Shown here: positions 24,001 through 34,800 of the stretch, one piece after another
How positions within the stretch are numbered: position 1 is the first letter of the stretch
Layout of the letters: the number at the start of each line of letters is the position of its first letter
Source: Macrostomum lignano
Taxonomy: Eukaryota
Length of the DNA: 64,000 bases
Assembly (NCBI GenBank): GCA_002269645.1
Contig: NIVC01000296.1
Span: 558,001-622,000, forward strand
Direction: 5' to 3'
Position numbers and translations under genes: made by a program
The notes under the pieces: generated by a model
Databases searched by the model: none
What the model was told of the DNA's origin: nothing
Seen by the model: the letters and a program-made list of their open reading frames with translations, nothing else

Positions 24001-27000
24001 ACGAGAGAACTCCGGTTGGCAAGGCTGAACAGCCAGGCGACGAGCCGTTGAGTCGCGACGACCTGGAATCGATCCCACTGACGCCGACCAGACGAACTCC
24101 CGACCTGATCGAGGTGCGAATCAGAAGAGGCTCCAAGCGACCGTCAGGGTGACGCTGGAGGTCAAGGTGTGTCTCAAGAAGAAGCCGGCGACTACAACAA
24201 CGCAGAGTACTACGACATCGGCAACGACAACGAGAAGACCGAGCACTGCCGGATTGACAACAGAAACAACGCGCACTACACGGGGCACACCGGCCGGCGA
24301 AAAGGTGACCTTCCCGATGCCGTCCATCACGAGCAGGAAATCGACCGGTAGAACTACGCGCCAGAAGAAGTCGACAACAACGGCTGGCAGATCGACAACG
24401 AGCACGTCGACGAAACGGCCAACGACGGCGAGCACTGCGGCCGCAAAGACAACCAAGGCCCCTGTGCTGACTACAACCACCAAGCGACGACGAGTGTGCA
24501 AGAAGAAGATGGCGTTCGACAGTAACGTGCTTCGTCCTGAGGATGTTGTGGAGGTGAAGCGCGTGCCGCAGAATGAGCCCTACGACGAGCCAGAGAAGAA
24601 GTCGCTGCTTCCAGGTAGACGCGGCCTGCCACTCAGAAAGGGTGACACGCTGGTCCGCATTGACCTGAGCAGGCTGCCGGAGGGAAGCCGGGTCGCCGAG
24701 ATCAAGGTGAGCGCCGACAAGCCGAAGCGAATCACAAAGGTGTCTGTGACAGAAGTGACCAACAACGAGAGAACTCCGGTTGGCAAGGCTGAACAGCCAG
24801 GCGACGAGCCGTTGAGTCGCGACGACCTGGAATCGATCCCACTGACGCCGACCAGACGAACTCCCGACCTGATCGAGGTGCGAATCAGAAGAGGCTCCAA
24901 GCGACCCGTCAGGGTGACGCTGGAGGTCAAGGTGTGTCTCAAGAAGAAGCCGGCGACTACAACAACGCAGAGTACTACGACATCGGCAACGACAACGAGA
25001 AGACCGAGCACTGCCGGATTGACAACAGAAACAACGCGCACTACACGGGGCACACCGGCCGGCGAAAAGGTGACCTTCCCGATGCCGTCCATCACGAGCA
25101 GGAAATCGACCGGTAGAACTACGCGCCAGAAGAAGTCGACAACAACGGCTGGCAGATCGACAACGAGCACGTCGACGAAACGGCCAACGACGGCGAGCAC
25201 TGCGGCCGCAAAGACAACCAAGGCCCCTGTGCTGACTACAACCACCAAGCGACGACGAGTGTGCAAGAAGAAGATGGCGTTCGACAGTAACGTGCTTCGT
25301 CCTGAGGATGTTGTGGAGGTGAAGCGCGTGCCGCAGAATGAGCCCTACGACGAGCCAGAGAAGAAGTCGCTGCTTCCAGGTAGACGCGGCCTGCCACTCA
25401 GAAAGGGTGACACGCTGGTCCGCATTGACCTGAGCAGGCTGCCGGAGGGAAGCCGGGTCGCCGAGATCAAGGTGAGCGCCGACAAGCCGAAGCGAATCAC
25501 AAAGGTGTCTGTGACAGAAGTGACCAACAACGAGAGAACTCCGGTTGGCAAGGCTGAACAGCCAGGCGACGAGCCGTTGAGTCGCGACGACCTGGAATCG
25601 ATCCCACTGACGCCGACCAGACGAACTCCCGACCTGATCGAGGTGCGAATCAGAAGAGGCTCCAAGCGACCCGTCAGGGTGACGCTGGAGGTCAAGGTGT
25701 GTCTCAAGAAGAAGCCGGCGACTACAACAACGCAGAGTACTACGACATCGGCAACGACAACGAGAAGACGAGCACTGCCGGATTGACAACAGAAACAACG
25801 CGCACTACACGGGGCACACCGGCCGGCGAAAAGGTGACCTTCCCGATGCCGTCCATCACGAGCAGGAAATCGACCGGTAGAACTACGCGCCAGAAGAAGT
25901 CGACAACAACGGCTGGCAGATCGACAACGAGCACGTCGACGAAACGGCCAACGACGGCGAGCACTGCGGCCGCAAAGACAACCAAGGCCCCTGTGCTGAC
26001 TACAACCACCAAGCGACGACGAGTGTGCAAGAAGAAGATGGCGTTCGACAGTAACGTGCTTCGTCCTGAGGATGTTGTGGAGGTGAAGCGCGTGCCGCAG
26101 AATGAGCCCTACGACGAGCCAGAGAAGAAGTCGCTGCTTCCAGGTAGACGCGGCCTGCCACTCAGAAAGGGTGACACGCTGGTCCGCATTGACCTGAGCA
26201 GGCTGCCGGAGGGAAGCCGGGTCGCCGAGATCAAGGTGAGCGCCGACAAGCCGAAGCGAATCACAAAGGTGTCTGTGACAGAAGTGACCAACAACGAGAG
26301 AACTCCGGTTGGCAAGGCTGAACAGCCAGGCGACGAGCCGTTGAGTCGCGACGACCTGGAATCGATCCCACTGACGCCGACCAGACGAACTCCCGACCTG
26401 ATCGAGGTGCGAATCAGAAGAGGCTCCAAGCGACCGTCAGGGTGACGCTGGAGGTCAAGGTGTGTCTCAAGAAGAAGCCGGCGACTACAACAACGCAGAG
26501 TACTACGACATCGGCAACGACAACGAGAAGACCGAGCACTGCCGGATTGACAACAGAAACAACGCGCACTACACGGGGCACACCGGCCGGCGAAAAGGTG
26601 ACCTTCCCGATGCCGTCCATCACGAGCAGGAAATCGACCGGTAGAACTACGCGCCAGAAGAAGTCGACAACAACGGCTGGCAGATCGACAACGAGCACGT
26701 CGACGAAACGGCCAACGACGGCGAGCACTGCGGCCGCAAAGACAACCAAGGCCCCTGTGCTGACTACAACCACCAAGCGACGACGAGTGTGCAAGAAGAA
26801 GATGGCGTTCGACAGTAACGTGCTTCGTCCTGAGGATGTTGTGGAGGTGAAGCGCGTGCCGCAGAATGAGCCCTACGACGAGCCAGAGAAGAAGTCGCTG
26901 CTTCCAGGTAGACGCGGCCTGCCACTCAGAAAGGGTGACACGCTGGTCCGCATTGACCTGAGCAGGCTGCCGGAGGGAAGCCGGGTCGCCGAGATCAAGG

Positions 27001-27929
27001 TGAGCGCCGACAAGCCGAAGCGAATCACAAAGGTGTCTGTGACAGAAGTGACCAACAACGAGAGAACTCCGGTTGGCAAGGCTGAACAGCCAGGCGACGA
27101 GCCGTTGAGTCGCGACGACCTGGAATCGATCCCACTGACGCGACCAGACGAACTCCCGACCTGATCGAGGTGCGAATCAGAAGAGGCTCCAAGCGACCGT
27201 CAGGGTGACGCTGGAGGTCAAGGTGTGTCTCAAGAAGAAGCCGGCGACTACAACAACGCAGAGTCTACGACATCGGCAACGACAACGAGAAGACCGAGCA
27301 CTGCCGATTGACAACAGAAACAACGCGCACTACACGGGGCACACCGGCCGGCGAAAAGGTGACCTTCCCGATGCCGTCCATCACGAGCAGGAAATCGACC
27401 GGTAGAACTACGCGCCAGAAGAAGTCGACAAACAACGGCTGGCAATTCGAAAACGAGCACGTCGACGAAACGGCCAACGACGGCGAGCACTGCGGCCGCA
27501 AAAAAACACAATGCCCCTGTGCTGACTACAACCACAAGCGACGACGAGTGTGCAAGAGAAGATGGCGTTCGACAGTAACGTGCTTCGTCCTGAGGATGTT
27601 GTGGAGGTGAAGCGCGTGCCGCAGAATGAGCCCTACGACGAGCCAGAGAAGAAGTCGCTGCTTCCAGGTAGACGCGGCCTGCCACTCAGAAAGGGTGACA
27701 CGCTGCGTCCGCATTGACTGAGCAGGCTGCCGGAGGGAAGCCGCGGTCGCCGAGATCAAGGTGAGCGCCGACAAGCCGAAGCGAATCACAAAGGTGTCTG
27801 TGACAGAAGTGACCAACAACGAGAGAACTCCGGTTGGCAAGGCTGAACAGCCAGGCGACGAGCCGTTGAGTCGCGACGACCTGGAATCGATCCCACTGAC
27901 GCCGACCAGACGAACTCCCGACCTGATCG
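1..27929 (+). CDS. ap2: Giant secreted vWD/C8/TIL-LDLa-repeat adhesive/mucin-like protein (probable Mlig-ap2), copy A; 5'-truncated by window, 3' lost in gap
   Basis: Exons 1-82 (partial), 505-1114, 2035-2257, 2480-2621, 3298-3461, 4268-4791, 5359-5608, 6059-6281, 7025-7514, 8156-8367, 9046-9307, 9775-9870, 10949-11078, 11183-11271, 12322-12435, 12517->27929. All introns GT-AG with matching phases. The gene name rests on recall that Mlig-ap2 has a 255-aa repeat; not verified by search. Confidence 0.8.
505..1114 (+). CDS. ap2 copy A exon 2 (vWD1 C-half with low-complexity insertion)
   Basis: CAG acceptor 502-504, [12 protein letters not shown]...RGPCGRLD...ACRD, donor GTGCGT at 1115. Confidence 0.75.
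2035..2257 (+). CDS. ap2 copy A exon 3 (TIL domain)
   Basis: CHRRCPDRC...[23 protein letters not shown]; phase 1 in, phase 2 out. Confidence 0.85.
2480..2621 (+). CDS. ap2 copy A exon 4 (start of vWD2)
   Basis: [34 protein letters not shown]...YYLIE; GTAAAA donor. Confidence 0.85.
2657..3007 (+). mobile_element. tRNA-derived SINE-like element (intron 4); mirror copy ~50190-50540
   Basis: A box TAGCCCAGTGG 2662-2672, B-box-like GGCTCGATTCC 2706-2716; body recurs inverted at 7597-7858. Confidence 0.6.
3298..3461 (+). CDS. ap2 copy A exon 5 (vWD2)
   Basis: [12 protein letters not shown]...GDRSQK; CAG acceptor, GTGAGT donor, phases fit neighbours. Confidence 0.75.
4268..4791 (+). CDS. ap2 copy A exon 6 (vWD2 end + C8)
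   Basis: [14 protein letters not shown]...CYDLF...[11 protein letters not shown]...[11 protein letters not shown]; GTGAGA donor. Confidence 0.85.
4852..5326 (+). repeat. 38-bp minisatellite (ATACTCCCAGTTGTACAGTAGAGAGCCTCARTCGCTGC), ~12 copies, intron 6; mirror ~47864-48330
   Basis: Direct reading. Confidence 0.9.
5359..5608 (+). CDS. ap2 copy A exon 7 (TIL)
   Basis: [19 protein letters not shown]...[29 protein letters not shown]. Confidence 0.85.
5675..6020 (+). repeat. Degenerate purine-rich GGGAAATCCCAGAA repeat, intron 7; mirror ~47200-47520
   Basis: Direct reading. Confidence 0.8.
6059..6281 (+). CDS. ap2 copy A exon 8 (TIL-like)
   Basis: [10 protein letters not shown]...CPKNQVW...CWPRRC...[12 protein letters not shown]; GTGAGT donor. 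Confidence 0.8.
6325..6760 (+). repeat. 18-bp near-perfect minisatellite (GGGGTAGAAGGACTAGGA) x~24, intron 8; x~27 at 46402-46893
   Basis: Direct reading. Confidence 0.95.
7025..7514 (+). CDS. ap2 copy A exon 9 (vWD3 N-half)
   Basis: [11 protein letters not shown]...[17 protein letters not shown]...SIVWDRG. Confidence 0.85.
7597..7858 (-). mobile_element. 5'-truncated copy of the same dispersed element (intron 9); mirror ~45309-45563
   Basis: Reverse complement of ~2757-3007 with few changes. Confidence 0.7.
7863..8082 (+). repeat. 35-bp minisatellite (ATCTGCCATTGTCCAACTCCAAAACCAGAGACACA) x~6, intron 9; x~4 at 45158-45307
   Basis: Direct reading. Confidence 0.95.
8156..8367 (+). CDS. ap2 copy A exon 10 (vWD3 C-half)
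   Basis: Canonical vWD motif [14 protein letters not shown]...EFGRSW. Confidence 0.9.
8426..9005 (+). repeat. 25-bp minisatellite (GACACACTGTAGACCACTGGCTGTA) x~23, intron 10; x~5 at 44682-44815
   Basis: Direct reading. Confidence 0.95.
9046..9307 (+). CDS. ap2 copy A exon 11 (C8)
   Basis: [14 protein letters not shown]...CLREACRC...C...[17 protein letters not shown]. Confidence 0.9.
9347..9614 (+). repeat. 33-bp minisatellite (AAATTGAGTCACTCCCTACTCCAATCCTGTCAC) x~8, intron 11; x~16 at 43805-44342
   Basis: Direct reading. Confidence 0.9.
9775..9870 (+). CDS. ap2 copy A exon 12 (degenerate TIL)
   Basis: [14 protein letters not shown]...QCLE; CAG/GTGAGA sites. Confidence 0.8.
10171..10790. 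mobile_element. MITE/foldback element with ~180-bp terminal inverted repeats, intron 12; mirror 42623-43244
   Basis: GTATACCTTTTCAACAACGGATTCGTCAAAAGTGAG... (10171-10348) is the reverse complement of 10493-10790 apart from a ~105-bp insert; TA at both ends; non-coding. Confidence 0.7.
10949..11078 (+). CDS. ap2 copy A exon 13
   Basis: [10 protein letters not shown]...[22 protein letters not shown]; phase 1 to 2. Confidence 0.8.
11183..11271 (+). CDS. ap2 copy A exon 14
   Basis: [16 protein letters not shown]...; GTAAGT donor; restores phase between exons 13 and 15. Confidence 0.75.
11324..12216 (+). repeat. 29-bp minisatellite (GAATTGTCTATGGTAGAGAGTGAGCTATT) x~30, intron 14; x~11 at 41773-42085
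   Basis: Direct reading. Confidence 0.95.
12322..12435 (+). CDS. ap2 copy A exon 15 (LDL-receptor class A repeat)
   Basis: [36 protein letters not shown]: six-Cys LDLa with DxSDE. Confidence 0.9.
12517..27929 (+). CDS. ap2 copy A giant exon 16 (LDLa2, four Cys-bounded domains, 255-aa repeat array)
   Basis: Frame open from 12519 through ORF 12825-14981 into the repeat; later 1-nt frameshifts interpreted as consensus errors. Confidence 0.75.
14478..27929 (+). repeat. Coding tandem array, 764/765-bp unit, ~17.6 copies
   Basis: GTGACGCTGGAGGTCAAG recurs at 14978, 15743, 16508, 17272 ... 26442, 27205. Confidence 0.97.
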
Positions 27930-28891
27930 NNNNNNNNNNNNNNNNNNNNNNNNNNNNNNNNNNNNNNNNNNNNNNNNNNNNNNNNNNNNNNNNNNNNNNN
28001 NNNNNNNNNNNNNNNNNNNNNNNNNNNNNNNNNNNNNNNNNNNNNNNNNNNNNNNNNNNNNNNNNNNNNNNNNNNNNNNNNNNNNNNNNNNNNNNNNNNN
28101 NNNNNNNNNNNNNNNNNNNNNNNNNNNNNNNNNNNNNNNNNNNNNNNNNNNNNNNNNNNNNNNNNNNNNNNNNNNNNNNNNNNNNNNNNNNNNNNNNNNN
28201 NNNNNNNNNNNNNNNNNNNNNNNNNNNNNNNNNNNNNNNNNNNNNNNNNNNNNNNNNNNNNNNNNNNNNNNNNNNNNNNNNNNNNNNNNNNNNNNNNNNN
28301 NNNNNNNNNNNNNNNNNNNNNNNNNNNNNNNNNNNNNNNNNNNNNNNNNNNNNNNNNNNNNNNNNNNNNNNNNNNNNNNNNNNNNNNNNNNNNNNNNNNN
28401 NNNNNNNNNNNNNNNNNNNNNNNNNNNNNNNNNNNNNNNNNNNNNNNNNNNNNNNNNNNNNNNNNNNNNNNNNNNNNNNNNNNNNNNNNNNNNNNNNNNN
28501 NNNNNNNNNNNNNNNNNNNNNNNNNNNNNNNNNNNNNNNNNNNNNNNNNNNNNNNNNNNNNNNNNNNNNNNNNNNNNNNNNNNNNNNNNNNNNNNNNNNN
28601 NNNNNNNNNNNNNNNNNNNNNNNNNNNNNNNNNNNNNNNNNNNNNNNNNNNNNNNNNNNNNNNNNNNNNNNNNNNNNNNNNNNNNNNNNNNNNNNNNNNN
28701 NNNNNNNNNNNNNNNNNNNNNNNNNNNNNNNNNNNNNNNNNNNNNNNNNNNNNNNNNNNNNNNNNNNNNNNNNNNNNNNNNNNNNNNNNNNNNNNNNNNN
28801 NNNNNNNNNNNNNNNNNNNNNNNNNNNNNNNNNNNNNNNNNNNNNNNNNNNNNNNNNNNNNNNNNNNNNNNNNNNNNNNNNNNNNNNNNNN
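27930..28891. other. Assembly gap (962 N)
   Basis: Run of N flanked by indel-rich, degraded repeat copies. Confidence 1.
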
Positions 28892-31800
28892 CGGTCGATT
28901 TCCTGCTCGTGATGGACGGCATCGGGAAGGTCACCTTTTCGCGGCCGGTGTTCCCCGTGTAGTGCGCGTTGTTCCTGTTGTCAATCCGGCAGTGCTCGGT
29001 CTTCTCGTTGTCGTTGCCGATGTCGTAGTACTCTGCGCTGTTGTAGTCGCCGGCTTCTTCTTGAGACACACCTTGACCTCCAGCGTCACCTGACCGGTCG
29101 CTTGGAGCCTCTTCTGATTCGCACTCGATCAGGTCGGGAGTTCGTCTGGTCGGCGTCAGTGGGATCGATTCCAGGTCGTCGCGACTCAACGGCTCGTCGC
29201 CTGGCTGTTCAGCCTTGCCAACCGGAGTTCTCTCGTTGTTGGTCACTTCTGTCACAGACACCTTTGTGATTCGCTTCGGCTTGTCGGCGCTCACCTTGAT
29301 CTCGGCGACCGGCTTCCCTCCGGCAGCCTGCTCAGGTCAATGCGGACAGCGTGTCACCCTTTCTGAGTGCAGGCCGCGTCTGCCTGGAAGCAGCGACTTC
29401 TTCTCTGGCTCGTCGTAGGGCTCATTCTGCGGCACGCGCTTCACCTCCACAACATCCTCAGGACGAAGCACGTTACTGTCGAACGCCATCTTCTTCTTGC
29501 ACACTCGTCGTCGCTTGGTGGTTGTAGTCAGCACAGGGGCCTTGGTTGTTTTTGCGGCCGCAGTGCTCGCCGTCGTTGGCCGTTTCGTCGACGTGCTCGT
29601 TGTCGATCTGCCAGCCGTTGTTGTCGACTTCTTCTGGCGCGTAGTTCTACCGGTCGATTTCCTGCTCGTGATGGACGGCATCGGGAAGGTCACCTTTTCG
29701 CCGGCCGGTGTTCCCGTGTAGTGCGCGTTGTTCTGTTGTCAATCCGGCAGTGCTCGGTCTTCTCGTTGTCGTTGCCGATGTCGTAGTACTCTGCGCTGTT
29801 GTAGTCGCCGGCTTCTTCTTGAGACACACCTTGACCTCCAGCGTCACCCTGACGGTCGCTTGGAGCCTCTTCTGATTCGCACCTCGATCAGGTCGGGAGT
29901 TCGTCTGGTCGGCGTCAGTGGGATCGATTCCAGGTCGTCGCGACTCAACGGCTCGTCGCCTGGCTGTTCAGCCTTGCCAACCGGAGTTCTCTCGTTGTTG
30001 GTCACTTCTGTCACAGACACCTTTGTGATTCGCTTCGGCTTGTCGGCGCTCACCTTGATCTCGGCGACCCGGCTTCCCTCCGGCAGCCTGCTCAGGTCAA
30101 TGCGGACCAGCGTGTCACCCTTTCTGAGTGGCAGGCCGCGTCTGCCTGGAAGCAGCGACTTCTTCTCTGGCTCGTCGTAGGGCTCATTCTGCGGCACGCG
30201 CTTCACCTCCACAACATCCTCAGGACGAAGCACGTTACTGTCGAACGCCATCTTCTTCTTGCACACTCGTCGTCGCTTGGTGGTTGTAGTCAGCACAGGG
30301 GCCTTGGTTGTTTTTGCGGCCGCAGTGCTCGCCGTCGTTGGCCGTTTCGTCGACGTGCTCGTTGTCGATCTGCCAGCCGTTGTTGTCGACTTCTTCTGGC
30401 GCGTAGTTCTACCGGTCGATTTCCTGCTCGTGATGGACGGCATCGGGAAGGTCACCTTTTCGCCGGCCGGTGTTCCCCGTGTAGTGCGCGTTGTTCCTGT
30501 TGTCAATCCGGCAGTGCTCGGTCTTCTCGTTGTCGTTGCCGATGTCGTAGTACTCTGCGCTGTTGTAGTCGCCGGCTTCTTCTTGAGACACACCTTGACC
30601 TCCAGCGTCACCCTGACCGGTCGCTTGGAGCCTCTTCTGATTCGCACCTCGATCAGGTCGGGAGTTCGTCTGGTCGGCGTCAGTGGGATCGATTCCAGGT
30701 CGTCGCGACTCAACGGCTCGTCGCCTGGCTGTTCAGCCTTGCCAACCGGAGTTCTCTCGTTGTTGGTCACTTCTGTCACAGACACCTTTGTGATTCGCTT
30801 CGGCTTGTCGGCGCTCACCTTGATCTCGGCGACCCGGCTTCCCTCCGGCAGCCTGCTCAGGTCAATGCGGACCAGCGTGTCACCCTTTCTGAGTGGCAGG
30901 CCGCGTCTGCCTGGAAGCAGCGACTTCTTCTCTGGCTCGTCGTAGGGCTCATTCTGCGGCACGCGCTTCACCTCCACAACATCCTCAGGACGAAGCACGT
31001 TACTGTCGAACGCCATCTTCTTCTTGCACACTCGTCGTCGCTTGGTGGTTGTAGTCAGCACAGGGGCCTTGGTTGTTTTTGCGGCCGCAGTGCTCGCCGT
31101 CGTTGGCCGTTTCGTCGACGTGCTCGTTGTCGATCTGCCAGCCGTTGTTGTCGACTTCTTCTGGCGCGTAGTTCTACCGGTCGATTTCCTGCTCGTGATG
31201 GACGGCATCGGGAAGGTCACCTTTTCGCCGGCCGGTGTTCCCCGTGTAGTGCGCGTTGTTCCTGTTGTCAATCCGGCAGTGCTCGGTCTTCTCGTTGTCG
31301 TTGCCGATGTCGTAGTACTCTGCGCTGTTGTAGTCGCCGGCTTCTTCTTGAGACACACCTTGACCTCCAGCGTCACCCTGACCGGTCGCTTGGAGCCTCT
31401 TCTGATTCGCACCTCGATCAGGTCGGGAGTTCGTCTGGTCGGCGTCAGTGGGATCGATTCCAGGTCGTCGCGACTCAACGGCTCGTCGCCTGGCTGTTCA
31501 GCCTTGCCAACCGGAGTTCTCTCGTTGTTGGTCACTTCTGTCACAGACACCTTTGTGATTCGCTTCGGCTTGTCGGCGCTCACCTTGATCTCGGCGACCC
31601 GGCTTCCCTCCGGCAGCCTGCTCAGGTCAATGCGGACCAGCGTGTCACCCTTTCTGAGTGGCAGGCCGCGTCTGCCTGGAAGCAGCGACTTCTTCTCTGG
31701 CTCGTCGTAGGGCTCATTCTGCGGCACGCGCTTCACCTCCACAACATCCTCAGGACGAAGCACGTTACTGTCGAACGCCATCTTCTTCTTGCACACTCGT

Positions 31801-34800
31801 CGTCGCTTGGTGGTTGTAGTCAGCACAGGGGCCTTGGTTGTTTTGCGGCCGCAGTGCTCGCCGTCGTTGGCCGTTTCGTCGACGTGCTCGTTGTCGATCT
31901 GCCAGCCGTTGTTGTCGACTTCTTCTGGCGCGTAGTTCTACCGGTCGATTTCCTGCTCGTGATGGACGGCATCGGGAAGGTCACCTTTTCGCCGGCCGGT
32001 GTTCCCCGTGTAGTGCGCGTTGTTTCTGTTGTCAATCCGGCAGTGCTCGGTCTTCTCGTTGTCGTTGCCGATGTCGTAGTACTCTGCGTGTTGTAGTCGC
32101 CGGCTTCTTCTTGAGACACACCTTGACCTCCAGCGTCACCCTGACCGGTCGCTTGGAGCCTCTTCTGATTCGCACCTCGATCAGGTCGGGAGTTCGTCTG
32201 GTCGGCGTCAGTGGGATCGATTCCAGGTCGTCGCGACTCAACGGCTCGTCGCCTGGCTGTTCAGCCTTGCCAACCGGAGTTCTCTCGTTGTTGGTCACTT
32301 CTGTCACAGACACCTTTGTGATTCGCTTCGGCTTGTCGGCGCTCACCTTGATCTCGGCGACCCGGCTTCCCTCCGGCAGCCTGCTCAGGTCAATGCGGAC
32401 CAGCGTGTCACCCTTTCTGAGTGGCAGGCCGCGTCTGCCTGGAAGCAGCGACTTCTTCTCTGGCTCGTCGTAGGGCTCATTCTGCGGCACGCGCTTCACC
32501 TCCACAACATCCTCAGGACGAAGCACGTTACTGTCGAACGCCATCTTCTTCTTGCACACTCGTCGTCGCTTGGTGGTTGTAGTCAGCACAGGGGCCTTGG
32601 TTGTTTTTGCGGCCGCAGTGCTCGCCGTCGTTGGCCGTTTCGTCGACGTGCTCGTTGTCGATCTGCCAGCCGTTGTTGTCGACTTCTTCTGGCGCGTAGT
32701 TCTACCGGTCGATTTCCTGCTCGTGATGGACGGCATCGGGAAGGTCACCTTTTCGCCGGCCGGTGTTCCCCGTGTAGTGCGCGTTGTTCCTGTTGTCAAT
32801 CCGGCAGTGCTCGGTCTTCTCGTTGTCGTTGCCGATGTCGTAGTACTCTGCGCTGTTGTAGTCGCCGGCTTCTTCTTGAGACACACCTTGACCTCCAGCG
32901 TCACCCTGACCGGTCGCTTGGAGCCTCTTCTGATTCGCACCTCGATCAGGTCGGGAGTTCGTCTGGTCGGCGTCAGTGGGATCGATTCCAGGTCGTCGCG
33001 ACTCAACGGCTCGTCGCCTGGCTGTTCAGCCTTGCCAACCGGAGTTCTCTCGTTGTTGGTCACTTCTGTCACAGACACCTTTGTGATTCGCTTCGGCTTG
33101 TCGGCGCTCACCTTGATCTCGGCGACCCGGCTTCCCTCCGGCAGCCTGCTCAGGTCAATGCGGACCAGCGTGTCACCCTTTCTGAGTGGCAGGCCGCGTC
33201 TGCCTGGAAGCAGCGACTTCTTCTCTGGCTCGTCGTAGGGCTCATTCTGCGGCACGCGCTTCACCTCCACAACATCCTCAGGACGAAGCACGTTACTGTC
33301 GAACGCCATCTTCTTCTTGCACACTCGTCGTCGCTTGGTGGTTGTAGTCAGCACAGGGGCCTTGGTTGTTTTGCGGCCGCAGTGCTCGCCGTCGTTGGCC
33401 GTTTCGTCGACGTGCTCGTTGTCGATCTGCCAGCCGTTGTTGTCGACTTCTTCTGGCGCGTAGTTCTACCGGTCGATTTCCTGCTCGTGATGGACGGCAT
33501 CGGGAAGGTCACCTTTTCGCCGGCCGGTGTTCCCCGTGTAGTGCGCGTTGTTTCTGTTGTCAATCCGGCAGTGCTCGGTCTTCTCGTTGTCGTTGCCGAT
33601 GTCGTAGTACTCTGCGCTGTTGTAGTCGCCGGCTTCTTCTTGAGACACACCTTGACCTCCAGCGTCACCCTGACGGTCGCTTGGAGCCTCTTCTGATTCG
33701 CACCTCGATCAGGTCGGGAGTTCGTCTGGTCGGCGTCAGTGGGATCGATTCCAGGTCGTCGCGACTCAACGGCTCGTCGCCTGGCTGTTCAGCCTTGCCA
33801 ACCGGAGTTCTCTCGTTGTTGGTCACTTCTGTCACAGACACCTTTGTGATTCGCTTCGGCTTGTCGGCGCTCACCTTGATCTCGGCGACCCGGCTTCCCT
33901 CCGGCAGCCTGCTCAGGTCAATGCGGACCAGCGTGTCACCCTTTCTGAGTGGCAGGCCGCGTCTGCCTGGAAGCAGCGACTTCTTCTCTGGCTCGTCGTA
34001 GGGCTCATTCTGCGGCACGCGCTTCACCTCCACAACATCCTCAGGACGAAGCACGTTACTGTCGAACGCCATCTTCTTCTTGCACACTCGTCGTCGCTTG
34101 GTGGTTGTAGTCAGCACAGGGGCCTTGGTTGTTTTGCGGCCGCAGTGCTCGCCGTCGTTGGCCGTTTCGTCGACGTGCTCGTTGTCGATCTGCCAGCCGT
34201 TGTTGTCGACTTCTTCTGGCGCGTAGTTCTACCGGTCGATTTCCTGCTCGTGATGGACGGCATCGGGAAGGTCACCTTTTCGCCGGCCGGTGTTCCCCGT
34301 GTAGTGCGCGTTGTTCTGTTGTCAATCCGGCAGTGCTCGGTCTTCTCGTTGTCGTTGCCGATGTCGTAGTACTCTGCGCTGTTGTAGTCGCCGGCTTCTT
34401 CTTGAGACACACCTTGACCTCCAGCGTCACCCTGACGGTCGCTTGGAGCCTCTTCTGATTCGCACCTCGATCAGGTCGGGAGTTCGTCTGGTCGGCGTCA
34501 GTGGGATCGATTCCAGGTCGTCGCGACTCAACGGCTCGTCGCCTGGCTGTTCAGCCTTGCCAACCGGAGTTCTCTCGTTGTTGGTCACTTCTGTCACAGA
34601 CACCTTTGTGATTCGCTTCGGCTTGTCGGCGCTCACCTTGATCTCGGCGACCCGGCTTCCCTCCGGCAGCCTGCTCAGGTCAATGCGGACCAGCGTGTCA
34701 CCCTTTCTGAGTGGCAGGCCGCGTCTACCTGGAAGCAGCGACTTCTTCTCTGGCTCGTCGTAGGGCTCATTCTGCGGCACGCGCTTCACCTCCACAACAT

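Noticed and set aside
27761-29294. ORFs spanning the N gap
   Set aside because: Artefacts of translating N.
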